64,000 bases of DNA from Fistulifera solaris. Taxonomy: Eukaryota. The stretch lies in contig AP026146.1 in assembly GCA_030295235.1 (NCBI GenBank), positions 558,001 to 622,000 of the forward strand, given 5' to 3'. The notes under the pieces are model-generated. The model saw nothing but the letters and a program-made list of their open reading frames with translations, ran no database searches and was not told the DNA's origin. Shown piece by piece: positions 11,372 to 23,370 of the stretch. The position numbers were made by a program, and so were the translations under genes. The number at the start of each line of letters is the position of its first letter. Position 1 is the first letter of the stretch.

Positions 11372-12098
11372 TAATAATACAAATCAATCAGCCACGAAAG
11401 CACGCGCTATTCAATTTCTTGTTAAAGATTGTTGTTTCTTGTTTTGAGAATCAAAAGGTCAGAATGCTGTTATTGTAAATAGAAGAGGCTGTTTGCACGT
11501 GGATGTTTGCATGCAGCACACGCAACGCAAGCGAGGAGCAGCAGCAACTCGTCCTTTCTCGCAATCACTGCACATCGCCATGGTACGAAGAAAGACAAAG
11601 GCGCCCTGTACAATGAGTACTGCAGTCCTACGCAGTCCAAAGTCATTCTCTGTCTGGCCAGCAGGCAGCTGGCCGACACCATTTCTTAGGCCGTGATAGT
11701 AAAGTAGTACCTTCGCTGCAGTAGTGATGGCCACGTCAGCTCCCAGATTGAACGTTGATGTTTGAGGATTTCCGAAGTCGAGCTGTCTGATTGGACAAGA
11801 CTGGCCAAACCCATCTGCGGCACCGACACATTGCCTTTCCCACTTGTATCAGGTACGCAGTTTCTACTTATTATTATTATTCTCACAATAACTAAAACAC
11901 GATCTCTCACCACCATCACACAGCAACCAGCCTGTCGCCTGTCGTCCCCGGCCCAAAATTATGGTCGATCTTCCATCTTGTGATCAAATATCGCGATCAA
12001 TTATCTTCTCCATGCCAATACCCGAATACATACTTCAAAGGCTTGTCCCTCTACTTCTTAAACGTGTAAACGAAATGTGCTAGAGAACGTGCGATATT

Positions 12099-13108
12099 AT
12101 GAGGATCTTACTGCTGCTTCTGATGAAGGTTAGTTTTAATAGTGTATTAACGAAAGCAAATGATCTTTTCTCCATCGGAGGTTACCTTCCAGATTATCGT
12201 TTCTACATCAACGTTAACGATACAGCCATGAAGCTTTCCGACTTAATTTTATTTTCCCTGCAACCGAGTAAGAGTGGAGTGGATTTTCCGTGCTGCTTAG
12301 ACAATCATCATTATGATATTGCTCGTCAAGCTGTAGCGCATAAAAGAAACCTGAACGGGGGAGATTTACGGCTGTGGATGACTGTAGGTGGCGGAGGAAG
12401 ATCGACGGAATTTTGAAGGCAACTGAGAGTGACGTCTATCTTCAATCGATCCAACAACTAGCAACATCGAACATGATTACAGGCATTGACCTAGACTGCG
12501 AGTATTTTACGTCGCAGGCCGACTATGAAAAGTATCTGATATGGCTAGACCGTGCCATCCCGAAACTGCAGCAACATAATCTCAAGGTGAGCGTCGCACT
12601 ACATGCGGGTATGCTCCTGACGGCTTCTATTTACGAAAAAGTGGACCGTATTCATTTGATGACCTACGATATGATGTATGATCGAACTAGTATGGAAAAT
12701 CGACCGGAGGATCATTATCATGCCGATATGTATCAAACTATCCAAGCCGTTCAACGACTGGTGAAATCTGGTTGTCCCAGAACAAAGATTATTCTCGGTA
12801 TTCCGGCGTATGCACGCCACCACCAAAATCCTGGAATGGTAAAGACATTTGCCGAATTAGTAGACGAGATAGTGTTGGAGGAGACAGACCGAGATTTCTC
12901 AGTGCGGAAGGAATGGAAGGGTTACCGTGGCGATTTCCCCAATTCTGTAGCGAGAAAGGTAGTTTATGCCCGACAACAACAGCTTGGAGGCGTTTTCCTA
13001 TGGGAACTTGGTCAAGATAAACAAGTTGATGGTAACGGAGGGTACTTGTTGGAGGCAATCTCTGCAGCAGCAACGAAAACAATATTTGACAAAAAGGAAG
13101 AGTTATGA
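12099..13108 (+). CDS. Glycoside hydrolase family 18 (chitinase-like), secreted
   Basis: Signal peptide; GGYLPDYR, WMTVGGGG, catalytic GIDLDCE (DxDxE), HLMTYD, KIILGIPAY, LGGVFLWELGQD; frameshift at the T run near 12412. Confidence 0.9.
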
Positions 13109-13186
13109 TGCAACTCTTACGGAACTCAAGTAATTTGTTTATAATCGTGAATAACATCATATTTACAACCTAAACGAAAAGGAAAG

Positions 13187-14294
13187 CTATACTATTTGCG
13201 AAACAACTTGCTCCTGTTCGTAATTGACATAGCCACAATCGACTTCAGATATAGATTTTGCAGACGAAAGCGCCAATACCTCGTATGGTGTTACTAACAT
13301 GGTCCAAATGGAAGCATCTTGCGGTGCTTTCGTCCACCCTGCCTTCCATACTGATAACCAGAATAGTATTACCACCACACACTCGACACAACCGTAATAA
13401 AAAGGAACAGCCATGGCGGATGCAAGCTGCTCTCCTTGAAACATTGTCAAAGCCACAGACGCACCGACACCCGTGTTTTGTATGCAGCATTCCAAACATA
13501 CCGACACACGCTCGGGTCTGGGTAACGCCAACAGTGTCGAGAGTAGAATTGCCACAGTTAAGCCCAAAAGACACGGCAGAGCCACTGCCACGTAAAACGA
13601 TGGTTCACGCTGCCATAATCGCGATCCTGGTTCCGAATTCGACAATGCGGCGGTGAAGAACACGAGACACAAACCTGCCGCATTTCCGATTCGATTGGTG
13701 TAAAAATGAAACCGAGTGGTAGCAAAGCGACGCGATGCCGCCAGTCCCGTGGTAATGGCTAGAATGACCAGGAACAAGGTCCAGAAAATAGCCGACCATT
13801 GCACTACTACCTGGTCCTCGTGAAATACCAGACGAGCGTATATTAATAAATTGAGCGGCAAAGCAAAGACGGAGAGCAGTGTCGAAATGGCTGTCATGGC
13901 GACTATGGAACACAAGTTGTGAGATGTAATGTTACTCTTGAGAAGTACAAGTATCTCAGGGCCGCACCAATTGTTACTAACCTGACAGAGCCAAGTCCCC
14001 ATTGAAGAGACTACAAAAGAAGTTACTGAATGAGCCTCCGGGAGAACTGCACAGTACGAGCAATATCAGCGAAACTTCATGAGGCAGTTGCACGACCCTT
14101 ACAACTGTAAATCCAAGAAAGGGCATGACAAGGAACTGTAAAGCTAATCCGGTCAAAATCGCCTTTTGGTTGTGTATTTGATGTTGCAACGCATCGAAAT
14201 CGACCGAAGCGGACATGTTCCACACGAGGCAGAACAGTAAGAGAGAGCCACACAATTCAATCCAAACATTGCTGCTCATATCGTCTTCATTCAT
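13187..14294 (-). CDS. BASS/SBF (sodium:bile acid symporter family) transporter 1; intron 13903-13981
   Basis: QFLVMPFLGF, SSPGGSFSN, GDLALS|VAMT, ECCIQN motifs; multiple TM helices. Confidence 0.9.
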
Positions 14295-14749
14295 CGTTGC
14301 ATTAATTAATGATTGACTTTCAAAACGTCTTTATTGTGCAGGAATGCGATCCAAGTTTTTTCTCCCTTGTTAGGGGCGCCGCAATCGTTCTTTTTAGTTT
14401 CGACATGAGACTTTTTGTCCGTTGAAAAGTCAACGTACTCAAAGTCTCCATACTCAATAGTACGAAAACGAGAAAGACGTTACCGGTAGCTTTCTTTTCA
14501 ATGAGACAATTTTGAACGTTACCTATAAGATACAAATGTGGTGGAGCGGTATTTGATAATCCAACCTGCAAACTCCAACCCTTGCGAAGTTTGTCGTCGC
14601 CATCGGTTGACTGATCACGAAGATGCATCGCGACCTCGCAAAACCCAAATTCAACATCAAGAGGAAAACGAATGTGGAAAAACCAAAAAGCAAGAACTTG
14701 TAATTATATTATTGCCTGAAAACTATCATTTACAACACAACAATTCACA

Positions 14750-15991
14750 ATGGAAATCAAATACGAGTGGTGGGAATACTTTATGATACCATGGGTCGCG
14801 GGATTCGTGGGATACGTGACGAACGTTTTGGCTCTGGAAATGACCTTTTATCCTCTCGAATTTCGAGGTATTGAAATATTTCGCATCAAAAATGAACCGT
14901 GGGGCTTGTTTGGATGGCAAGGGATTATTCCAACAAAGGCAGAAAAGATGGCTTCCACGTGTTTTGATCTGTTTACACAGAAATTATTCAGCATTGAAGA
15001 AATATTCTCGCGATTAGACCCCGTTCGTTTCAGTCAAGTCATGGAAGATAGCGTTCTTTTATTAATGGATAAAGTCATTAATCAGGTCGCCGAAGAACAC
15101 ATGCCTTCTTTGTGGAACAAGATCCCCAAAGAAGTGAAAGATGACATTATTGTGACTGCTGATACCGAAAATGCCGCCTTCTTGGCCGGATTTATGAAAG
15201 ACATGCAGGAACATGTCATGGACGTGGTCAATATCAAACACTTGGCGGTCACCGCGTGCGTCGAAAACAAAGATTTGATTGTTAAAGTATTTCAAGAGTG
15301 TGGAGAAAAAGAATTTGTCTTTATCCGGCAATCTGGTTTCTATTTCGGATTTGCATTCGGCGTCATCCAAATGGGAGTTTGGTTCTTTTACGACGCCAGC
15401 TGGATATTACCGACCGCGGGCTTTATCGTGGGATGGTTTACGAACTATCTGGCGCTAAAATGTATCTTTCGCCCACTGCACCCACGAAAGTTTATGGGTT
15501 ATACCATCCATGGCATTTTCTTGCAACGACAGGCCGAAGTTTCGGAAGTGTTTGCTCGTGTAATCATGACGGAAATCTTACACGTCAAAGCGATATGGGA
15601 CGCTATTTTTATGGGTCCATTGTCCGTCAATTTCAACGCTATGCTACGCGCCCATACCCTTGTATTTGTAGAGAAACTAGTGGCCGAGATCAAACCATTG
15701 GCCATCGCCGCCATGGGTGCTGATCGATTTGCTCGAATGAAAGAAGACATTGCCCAAAAAGTAATAGAAAACTTGCCCACTATCATCGACAATTCGTACG
15801 AGTACACACAAGAAGCTTTGAATATGGAAGAAACTGTAAGAATACGAATGCAAAAGCTCACTCCTGCCGAGTTTGAAGGTGTGCTCCATCCTGCTTTTGA
15901 AGAAGATGAAATTCAACTGATTTTACTGGGAGGCATACTCGGTGCTATTGTTGGAGTCATACAGCTGTATGCTGTTTTTGCTACAGGATAA
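14750..15991 (+). CDS. DUF445-like membrane protein
   Basis: 413-aa intronless ORF with GYVTNVLALEMTFYP, WQGIIP, GWFTNYLALKCIFRP and C-terminal FEGVLHPAFEEDE.LILLGGILG, the repeated pattern of this family. Confidence 0.75.
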   Translation: MEIKYEWWEYFMIPWVAGFVGYVTNVLALEMTFYPLEFRGIEIFRIKNEPWGLFGWQGIIPTKAEKMASTCFDLFTQKLFSIEEIFSRLDPVRFSQVMEDSVLLLMDKVINQVAEEHMPSLWNKIPKEVKDDIIVTADTENAAFLAGFMKDMQEHVMDVVNIKHLAVTACVENKDLIVKVFQECGEKEFVFIRQSGFYFGFAFGVIQMGVWFFYDASWILPTAGFIVGWFTNYLALKCIFRPLHPRKFMGYTIHGIFLQRQAEVSEVFARVIMTEILHVKAIWDAIFMGPLSVNFNAMLRAHTLVFVEKLVAEIKPLAIAAMGADRFARMKEDIAQKVIENLPTIIDNSYEYTQEALNMEETVRIRMQKLTPAEFEGVLHPAFEEDEIQLILLGGILGAIVGVIQLYAVFATG

Positions 15992-16061
15992 AAAAAATTA
16001 TGGGTGTAGATCTACAATGAATCTTGCCTAAAATCTATTTATAAGCCATCAGCTAATCGTA

Positions 16062-17124
16062 TCAATACAGCGCTCGAACACCCGTCTCGTCGTATTGCTC
16101 ACCCGGCATTCGGATCACGTTACCGTCATCATCGATGTATTGACTTTTCTTTTGAAGTACAAAACGCTCGAAAAACTTAGTCAGAATGCGGTCTGTCGTC
16201 AAAAGTCCACACTGCTACCATTTTCCTTGGCAGCCAAGATCTTGGGTACCAAATCGGCGGCTACCTCCTCAGGCTGCGCCGCCAGTACTCCAAAAGGAAA
16301 CTTTCGCAATTCGGGCGTCGAGTCGTCCAACAAAAGCTTTGTGAACACCATTCCGGGCGAAAGGTTGTGTACCATGACCTTTCCTGGTGTTTCCTTCTTA
16401 GGGTATCCTTGTATCCCCTCTTCCAGCTCTTTCACCAAACTAGCTGTTAGTTGCGGCAAGCCTCGCTTGGTTGCACCATAACACGCGTACCCCGGCGTTC
16501 CACCGCCTTTCACGCCACTGTGTCATTACGAATCGGATACGATGAGATATCTAGTCCGTGTGAAAATGAAACATGTCTATCTCCAAGAGCTTACCTTCCG
16601 ACTGTATTGAAAATGTGACCCGTCACACCGGCTTGTTGCTCCATAATCGACATGGCTACTTTGGTGCAAAGAAGAATACCCAACAAATTCACCTTGACGA
16701 CAAGTTCGACTTGCGAAACCGGCACATCACGCAATTCGCGACGTCCACCGTTCACCCCCGCATTATTAATCCAATATCCTATGGTTCCAAGTTTCGACTG
16801 GGCAAACTCTCCCAATTTCTCTACTTCCTTACTGTTCGAAACATCACATTTGGTGTGAAAGACTTTGCCATTGGGATGACGACGGGCCAAAGCATCCGCG
16901 GCCATTTTGCAATCTCGAACATCGCATATAACGACATCGTAGCCGCGATCCATGAATTCTCCCGCGTAAGCGAAACCGACTCCGCCGGCGGCTCCGGTAA
17001 TGACAACACCTCCATCCGGCATGGCCATGTGAAGCGACGTGTGACGCATCGGGGCGGCACCGCCATTTGGAGCGAATGCGTGCGACGAAACAATCAAGAC
17101 GGAAAGCAAGGTGAACAGCTTCAT
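16062..17124 (-). CDS. Plastid-targeted short-chain dehydrogenase, chlorophyll(ide) b reductase NYC1/NOL-like; intron 16518-16594
   Basis: SSHA-FAP presequence; VVITGAAGGVG, WINNAG, GHIFN, YGATKRGLPQL (YxxxK), VHNLSPGMV.T.LL; frameshift at the A run near 16202. Confidence 0.8.
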
Positions 17125-17508
17125 GTTAATCATATAGCCTCACGTAGAAGGTCTCGTGATAAGGAGAACTAGATATCCGATGCAAGTTGTAGATATCTCT
17201 TTCTGTTCATCGAGCAGTCGGCATTTCGGACGCATGAGGGGTGCAGAAAGGATTATTACGCATGATTTTTGTGAGCGTTTTTCGTGAGACAAGTTCAACT
17301 TGACGAGCGACAGACAGAATGCAGAAAAAGTTTCATTCACGAACTACACGAGAATAAACGGCGGAAAACATTTAGACTCTAGTCTCTTTCACAAGGCTAT
17401 CCATAGGAAAGAAGCTCACCGTACAGTAAGAGTCGACGATCGGATGATTTCGAAATGAATGATTGTCAGAAGTGTCTGGTAAACGATAAGCTAGACCAAC
17501 ACCAAACG

Positions 17509-17560
17509 CATGACTGAAATGCAGTCGCGGAGAAAGGTCGCCTACACCTTGGGGATATAG
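17509..17560 (-). repeat. Dispersed ~52-bp element, copy 3
   Basis: Reverse complement CTATATCCCCAAGGTGTAGGCGACCTTTCTCCGCGACTGCATTTCAGTCATG. Confidence 0.75.
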
Positions 17561-18035
17561 TGAATGCACTAGAGAGCGATCCGCAAACCTTTCTAATCAC
17601 AATAATAATGGGTTCCTCCGTTCCCACCTCTTTTTGGTCGAAAGCCAAAAGTACCGGTAGTCCTATTTCATTGAAAATGCAGGATTGGCCGTTCTTACTC
17701 TGATCAAGCTTCCATTTGATTAAATTTGTTAGTCACTCGTGACTGGATTCCAGTCGAGTTAAGTAAACTTTTTAAATTAGGAATCTGGTACGAATGCTTT
17801 CCCCTTGATAAACAAGGGTTACATTGCAAACTTAGCGAAGACTAATTAAACTTGCACAATTGAAACAACTGTGTATTTGCTTCGTGAAACGGGAAAAGGG
17901 TTTTCACCTCATTTTCTCATCTTATTCGCGACAGACCGATTTGATGTCGATTGCGTATTCTACACAATCGTCAAAGCACTCTAAAAATTCACTTTTGATG
18001 ACTCTTAGTGTATCACCGAAGCGTATGTATTCTCA

Positions 18036-19554
18036 TCATACCATGTCGGAAGAAGTTTCTTCTTTCGCCATTATGGATGCAGACTCGACCGAGTCGATTA
18101 CATCCTGTAATTCGTCGTTCCGTAATTCCTCATCCTGATTTACAACTACTTCTTTATTTGTCAATGGGACGGAAGAAGGGCCCCCGTACAACTTGAGTTC
18201 CTGCATCAGTATCCGAAATTCGTTTGATTCTTCCTTCTTCGCCATGAATCCATCATCATTGTTGTTCACGGAAGTGTCACGTGACCAAAACCAAGGCACT
18301 TTGTTGTTGTTGAGTCCGCCAATTTTTCTCGGTTCCACAGATGTTTCCTTGACCACGGAAACACGCAGTTCATCACACTGATCATCGAACCAGAATCGAT
18401 AGGGTGCTGTGAGTCCCAACAAAGTGAAACACCAGAACCACGGAAGTGACACAAAATGCAACGCCATACGAGCGCGAAGGCTTTCATCCAGTCGGTGCCG
18501 AATGGCTAATAGACGAGGTTTGAATCCCGGTATTACAATATTGGTCGCAAATTCCGCCATGCTGTCACTCTGACAATGTTCCGACACAAAGGTGGCTTGT
18601 TGTTTGAAATAGTCGCGTCGAGTCTTGCCATCCGACAGAACGAGCAGTTTGCTCAATGTAATCTTGGATAGCGGTGCCGCGAGAGATGTTTCGTAGTAGT
18701 ATCCTTTGGCCCGCTTCCAAATACCCGCCAAAGTCTTATCGATGCAATCTTGATATTGGTAGGTACCTATCGTAAAGTTAGTGATTTTCTTTCGTTTCAT
18801 CCAAGCAGGTACATCGCGCTGTGTTACGACTATTGTGTCTGTAGAATTCGCCAAGAGTGCTTGCTCCTCGCTAAGCTGCTCCAGCGGGGAAGTTGCTGTC
18901 ATATTCTGCAAGGCCCCAACAATTTTGGCCAGGGTGGGTGAAATGATTTCGTAATGAAAGGATCGTACTTTCCATTCGACGCGAGGTGCTACTTCACGTA
19001 ATTGTTCTAAATAAGCTTCCAATTCTTCAGCACTTGCTATGCAATGAGTTAAATATTGTCGCGTGTTACAAAAGTACGATTCAATTCCGTAAAGAAGTGC
19101 CACAATCCATAAAAACCACGCGTCGAAGCGCGGCAACAACAACAAGGTCCACTGCACAAGCCGTAAAGCCTTGTTGGCTGCATCACTTACAGTCCACCGC
19201 TCCGCGAGTGCGCGTACAATTCCGATCCAAAGGATGGACGACAAAATCGTCGCGCGGAGATGATGGACTTGCAACAATTTACGGACTTTAGACCCCACCA
19301 TCGCGGTCAGGGTATTCGAAATGCCTCCTTCCCAAAAAAATCCGTCCGGTCTCTTTATCGATCAACGCCGATTCTCCCATAATAAACGATGCTGACGATG
19401 TAGAGGGAACCGAAAGAGTCGTTTCGCTAGCCGATGAAACAGTGAAAAGCATGACAAGTAATAATAATACATGGAGCGATGGTCGCGTCATTCGTATTCT
19501 TCTTCGCAGCCAACCAGTCATTTTATTCCTCTTCGTTCGCTGCTTTCCATTCAT
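18036..19554 (-). CDS. TMEM151-like transmembrane protein
   Basis: YGIESYFCNTRQYL...LEQLREVAPRVEWKVRSFHYE and WFWCFTLLGLTAPYRFWF resemble the TMEM151 family; frameshift at the C run near 19295 joins the N-terminal signal-bearing ORF. Confidence 0.65.
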
Positions 19555-19671
19555 AGAGTGATTGTGTTTGTAAGTGGTAAAAGGAATGTGATTCGAGGAG
19601 CCATGTTTTCATAAAACAGAGTGAAAGGATCTAAAGGATGGAAGACATAATCTGTCGTGTGTCGTGTACCA

Positions 19672-19970
19672 CGTTCTCCTTTTCGATATTAGCTTTAACC
19701 TTAAATGTTGAATTTATTGTTCGAAGTACGGATTAGAATTAACGGAGTATTTTTTTCGTTTTGAACTATAACCTTATACGGATTTTACTTTTTCCTCGTT
19801 TTCCTTTTCGATATTAGCTTTAACCTTAAACGATTCATTTATTGTTCGGAGTACGGAGTACGGAGTAGAATTTACGGAGTATTTTTTTGTTTTGAACTAT
19901 AACCTTATACGGAAATACTTTTACCATGTTCTCCTTTTGGAGCTTAACCTGAAATGCTTCATTATTTACA
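19672..19970. repeat. AT-rich degenerate tandem repeat, ~128-bp unit x ~2.3
   Basis: TTTCGATATTAGCTTTAACCTTAAA...TTTATTGTTCG.AGTACGGA...TTTTGAACTATAACCTTATACGGA repeated at ~19680 and ~19806, partial third copy ~19930. Confidence 0.85.
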
Positions 19971-20419
19971 ATTGTCACGAATATAGGGAATTTAATTGCC
20001 ATTATTTTTTTTCGTTTGTCATTACTGGTAAAGTGCCGGGATGGGAACGGCGTAAAATTCTGCCTCGTCGTAGACGCTACAGCATTTTTCATGGGTACAC
20101 TTTACCACATAGTGGAATCAAACAGATCCCTAAACACCAAGTACAAGTACAAGTACTCCGTAGCTTTTTTTTACAGCCGTCGCAATAAGAATAATGATCA
20201 TTGCAGCCAATGAACGATGCAATAAGATGAACGCTCACAAATCATAATTACCATTATCCGTTTTGACTTCATACGGTGTATTGTCTCGTTGCACGCTGGA
20301 GGGATAGTTTTAAAAGAAGACGCTATCACGGAGAGGTGCGCCACGCATTCTGCGCCCTACCGTCCCGGATCGACTACCCGCCAACGAAACAAGAATAGAA
20401 CAGCGACTGTGGTTCCATT

Positions 20420-21103
20420 ATGAGCACGAAAAGACCAAACCAACATCGAACAAGACAGTGAAGAAAAAGGAAAAATCATCGACTACACCAACAACCGTCC
20501 TCGACAAGATTTTGGTGGCGATTCGCCGTCAACCCCACACATCCGAAAAGGGTGTTTCACGTACGGCCATCGCAAAGTATTTACAAACACAGTACAAATA
20601 CGACAATCCAAATGCACTCAAACGGGCTTTACAAAATGGTGTAACGAACCAAACCTTGATACAAACGGGTCACAGTTTTCGTGTCGCCGGTGATCCGGTC
20701 GTCTCGATTCCTACCGCTCAAGTCACCATTGAAGACTTGGTGGTCGGAAACAGCAGTGAAGCGAAAAAAGGAGATACTGTAACAGTCAAATACGAAGGAA
20801 AACTGGACGATAGCACAGTTTTTGATGCGGCCAATTCCTTCACATTTACATTGGGAGCGGGAGATGTTATTAAAGGTAAACAATCATTCTCAAGTTCGAT
20901 ACAACTTGTCCAGAAATGAATCTCAACACCGCTCTTTGCTTTGCTGCACAGGCTGGGACCAAGGAATTGTGGGAATGAAAGTAGGTAGCAAGCGAAAGTT
21001 GTTCGTACCAAGTTCGTTGGGCTATGGCAAAAGAGGATCGGCTCCTGATATTCCACCCAATGCCGATCTACACTTTGTAGTTACACTTCAAAAGATAAAG
21101 TGA
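20420..21103 (+). CDS. Linker-histone H15 (winged-helix) domain fused to FKBP-type peptidyl-prolyl isomerase; intron 20876-20951
   Basis: KILVAIRR...KGVSRTAIAKYLQ...LKRALQNGV....LIQTGHSFRV (H1 globular-like), then AKKGDTVTVKYEGKLDDSTVFD...FTLGAGDVIKG|WDQGIVGMKVGSKRKLFVPSSLGYG...IPPNADLHFVV; probable indel in the A run near 20430. Confidence 0.85.
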
Positions 21104-21650
21104 TAGTAGTAGTGAACATTAAGTTGATCCTGTTGCGGAAGTGTACCTATCTTGCGTTATCTAACGTGTTTTGAAAACGCATTCCGTATCTCTGTTAATT
21201 GTGTGAGTTACTATGCTTTCATCCTTTGCATAGATTTGTAACGGCAGAGAGTGTCATCAGGTATGGAGGAGTTGTATTTCAGATGGAAAAATTCCTAGCA
21301 TGGCCTAAAAGAAGGAATAAGTGGTAAATCATCGCACAAGAAAATCAAAAGGTAGTAAGTCACGAGAAAAAATGTTAAAGGCAGTCGCGAATTTGTGGTC
21401 ATGAATGATACCAGGTAGTTTTGAGGTGTGTATAAATTTTCGGGACACCGCATCATCGTCAGCCGACAAAAACCGCTGTATCCACTTAAGAGTACTTCCG
21501 ACCAGATCGGCAGTTCAACGAATGCGACACACGTGTTTTTTTCTTTCCTCTCTCGTCGGCATCGACACAAAACTTTTTTGGATGGAGCAGAACCGCACAC
21601 ATCAGTTCTTTTTTCATCAAAGCTCGTTCCTTTGATTTGACGTATCGACC

Positions 21651-23039
21651 ATGATGCTTACCAGACTAGTAGTGGCTTTCGCCTTGCAAGCGTCGCTTGT
21701 TGCAGGCTTTCAGCCGACTTCACTTGCTCGTCGTCACTCGTCATTAAAGACCCTGTCGGCCGTCGTCGTCAACACGCCACTGGAAAGCCCACCGTCGACA
21801 CAACCCAAAGAAGGCATGCTGATGGATCTGCAAGGAATTGCTTTTTCCGGCTTGAAAGGCCAAGCACTGAGTCTGAAGCATGAAGACTTCCCGAAGGCTG
21901 CCGATCTCCGCGCCGTCATCCCCAAAGACTGTTTCGAACCAGACACGGCTAAGTCTCTGGGTTATTTGACCGTGTCCACCATCGGAACTGCTCTCTGCAC
22001 AGCCATCGGTGTCAGCATGCTACAGGTACTACCACCAGCGAATCCTCTGACTTGGCCCATTTGGGCTGCTTATTCGGCAGTAACCGGTACGGTCGCCATG
22101 GGCTTGTGGGTGTTGGCGCATGAGTGCGGTCATGGCGCCTTTTCCAAAAACAAAAAACTCCAAGATGCCGTGGGATATACCATTCACAGTATCATGTTAG
22201 TACCTTACTACTCGTGGCAGCGATCTCATGCCGTTCATCATCAGTACACGAATCATGTCGAATTGGGCGAAACACACGTTCCTGAACTTTCGGCCAGTCG
22301 AGGTGAAGGCTCCCTCGGCAAGCGACAGGCCTTCATCAAGACATTTGGAGAAAAAAATGGAATTCGCGTTTGGGGTGTCTATCAACTCTTTATGCATCTC
22401 GTGCTCGGATGGCCGGCATATCTTTTGATTGGAGCGACTGGAGGTCATGCTCGCGGTATGACCAACCACTTTTACCCCGAGCCTCTTACCACTCCCGATC
22501 AGCCAAAGAAGGAACTCTTTCCTGGAAACTGGAAAGAAAAGGTCTATCAATCGGACATCGGAATCGCTGCTACTGTCGCCGCTGTCGCTGCCTGGGCACT
22601 TTGCAATGGACTTCCACAGGTCATTGCGCTTTATGGCGGACCCTTGCTCGTCGTCAATGCGTGGTTGGTCACCTACACATGGTTGCAACACACCGATGTT
22701 GATGTTCCTCACTTTTCGGAAGATAAACACAACTTTGTAAAGGGAGCATTACATACCATGGACCGACCATACGACAAACTCGACCCATGGGGCGTCATTG
22801 ATTTCTTACATCACAAGATTGGTACTACCCATGTGGCACATCATTTTGACAGCACCATCCCTCATTATAAAGCCCAAGCAGCCACCGATGCTATCAAAGA
22901 GAACTTTCCCGAATATTACTTGTATGAACCAACTCCTATTCCTCAAGCGCTTTGGCGAGTTGCTAAGGGATGCTCCGCCGTTGAGAAACGCGGTGATTCC
23001 TGGGTCTTTGTCAACGAAGGCTTGGAAGATAAGCTCTAA
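21651..23039 (+). CDS. Plastid-targeted omega-6 (delta-12) fatty acid desaturase
   Basis: Signal peptide ending VAG-F; three His boxes HECGH, HAVHH, HVAHH; TWLQHTD; intronless, 462 aa. Confidence 0.92.
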   Translation: MMLTRLVVAFALQASLVAGFQPTSLARRHSSLKTLSAVVVNTPLESPPSTQPKEGMLMDLQGIAFSGLKGQALSLKHEDFPKAADLRAVIPKDCFEPDTAKSLGYLTVSTIGTALCTAIGVSMLQVLPPANPLTWPIWAAYSAVTGTVAMGLWVLAHECGHGAFSKNKKLQDAVGYTIHSIMLVPYYSWQRSHAVHHQYTNHVELGETHVPELSASRGEGSLGKRQAFIKTFGEKNGIRVWGVYQLFMHLVLGWPAYLLIGATGGHARGMTNHFYPEPLTTPDQPKKELFPGNWKEKVYQSDIGIAATVAAVAAWALCNGLPQVIALYGGPLLVVNAWLVTYTWLQHTDVDVPHFSEDKHNFVKGALHTMDRPYDKLDPWGVIDFLHHKIGTTHVAHHFDSTIPHYKAQAATDAIKENFPEYYLYEPTPIPQALWRVAKGCSAVEKRGDSWVFVNEGLEDKL

Positions 23040-23370
23040 ATAACTCTATAACTTAGATATTTAGTATCTAATCGAGTTGCGTGACGTAAGTCAAAAAATC
23101 TATAGTCAATTCCCGACACAACTGCTAAAGGAACTTCTGCAAGTTTCAATGGATCCATCCGAGGGCTGGATATACGATCTGCCGCTGATCCGCGATACAA
23201 ATCTCCAAGCTGTTTTTAATAAAACTCCTATTCGCAAAAAATAATCACTTCCTTGAATCCATGAGAAGCATCTGATTATTTCAAAAATTACTTCTGATCT
23301 TGTGCGTTATAGCTGAATAGACAAGTTGGTTTTTGTTTCCAGAATATTAATAGCAAGCCGAAATGTCCCT

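Noticed and set aside
11459..11983. Cluster of short overlapping ORFs
   Set aside because: No recognisable motifs; lies in the divergent promoter between bHLH-PAS B and GH18
16573..17172. 199-aa plus-strand ORF
   Set aside because: Antisense shadow of the SDR gene
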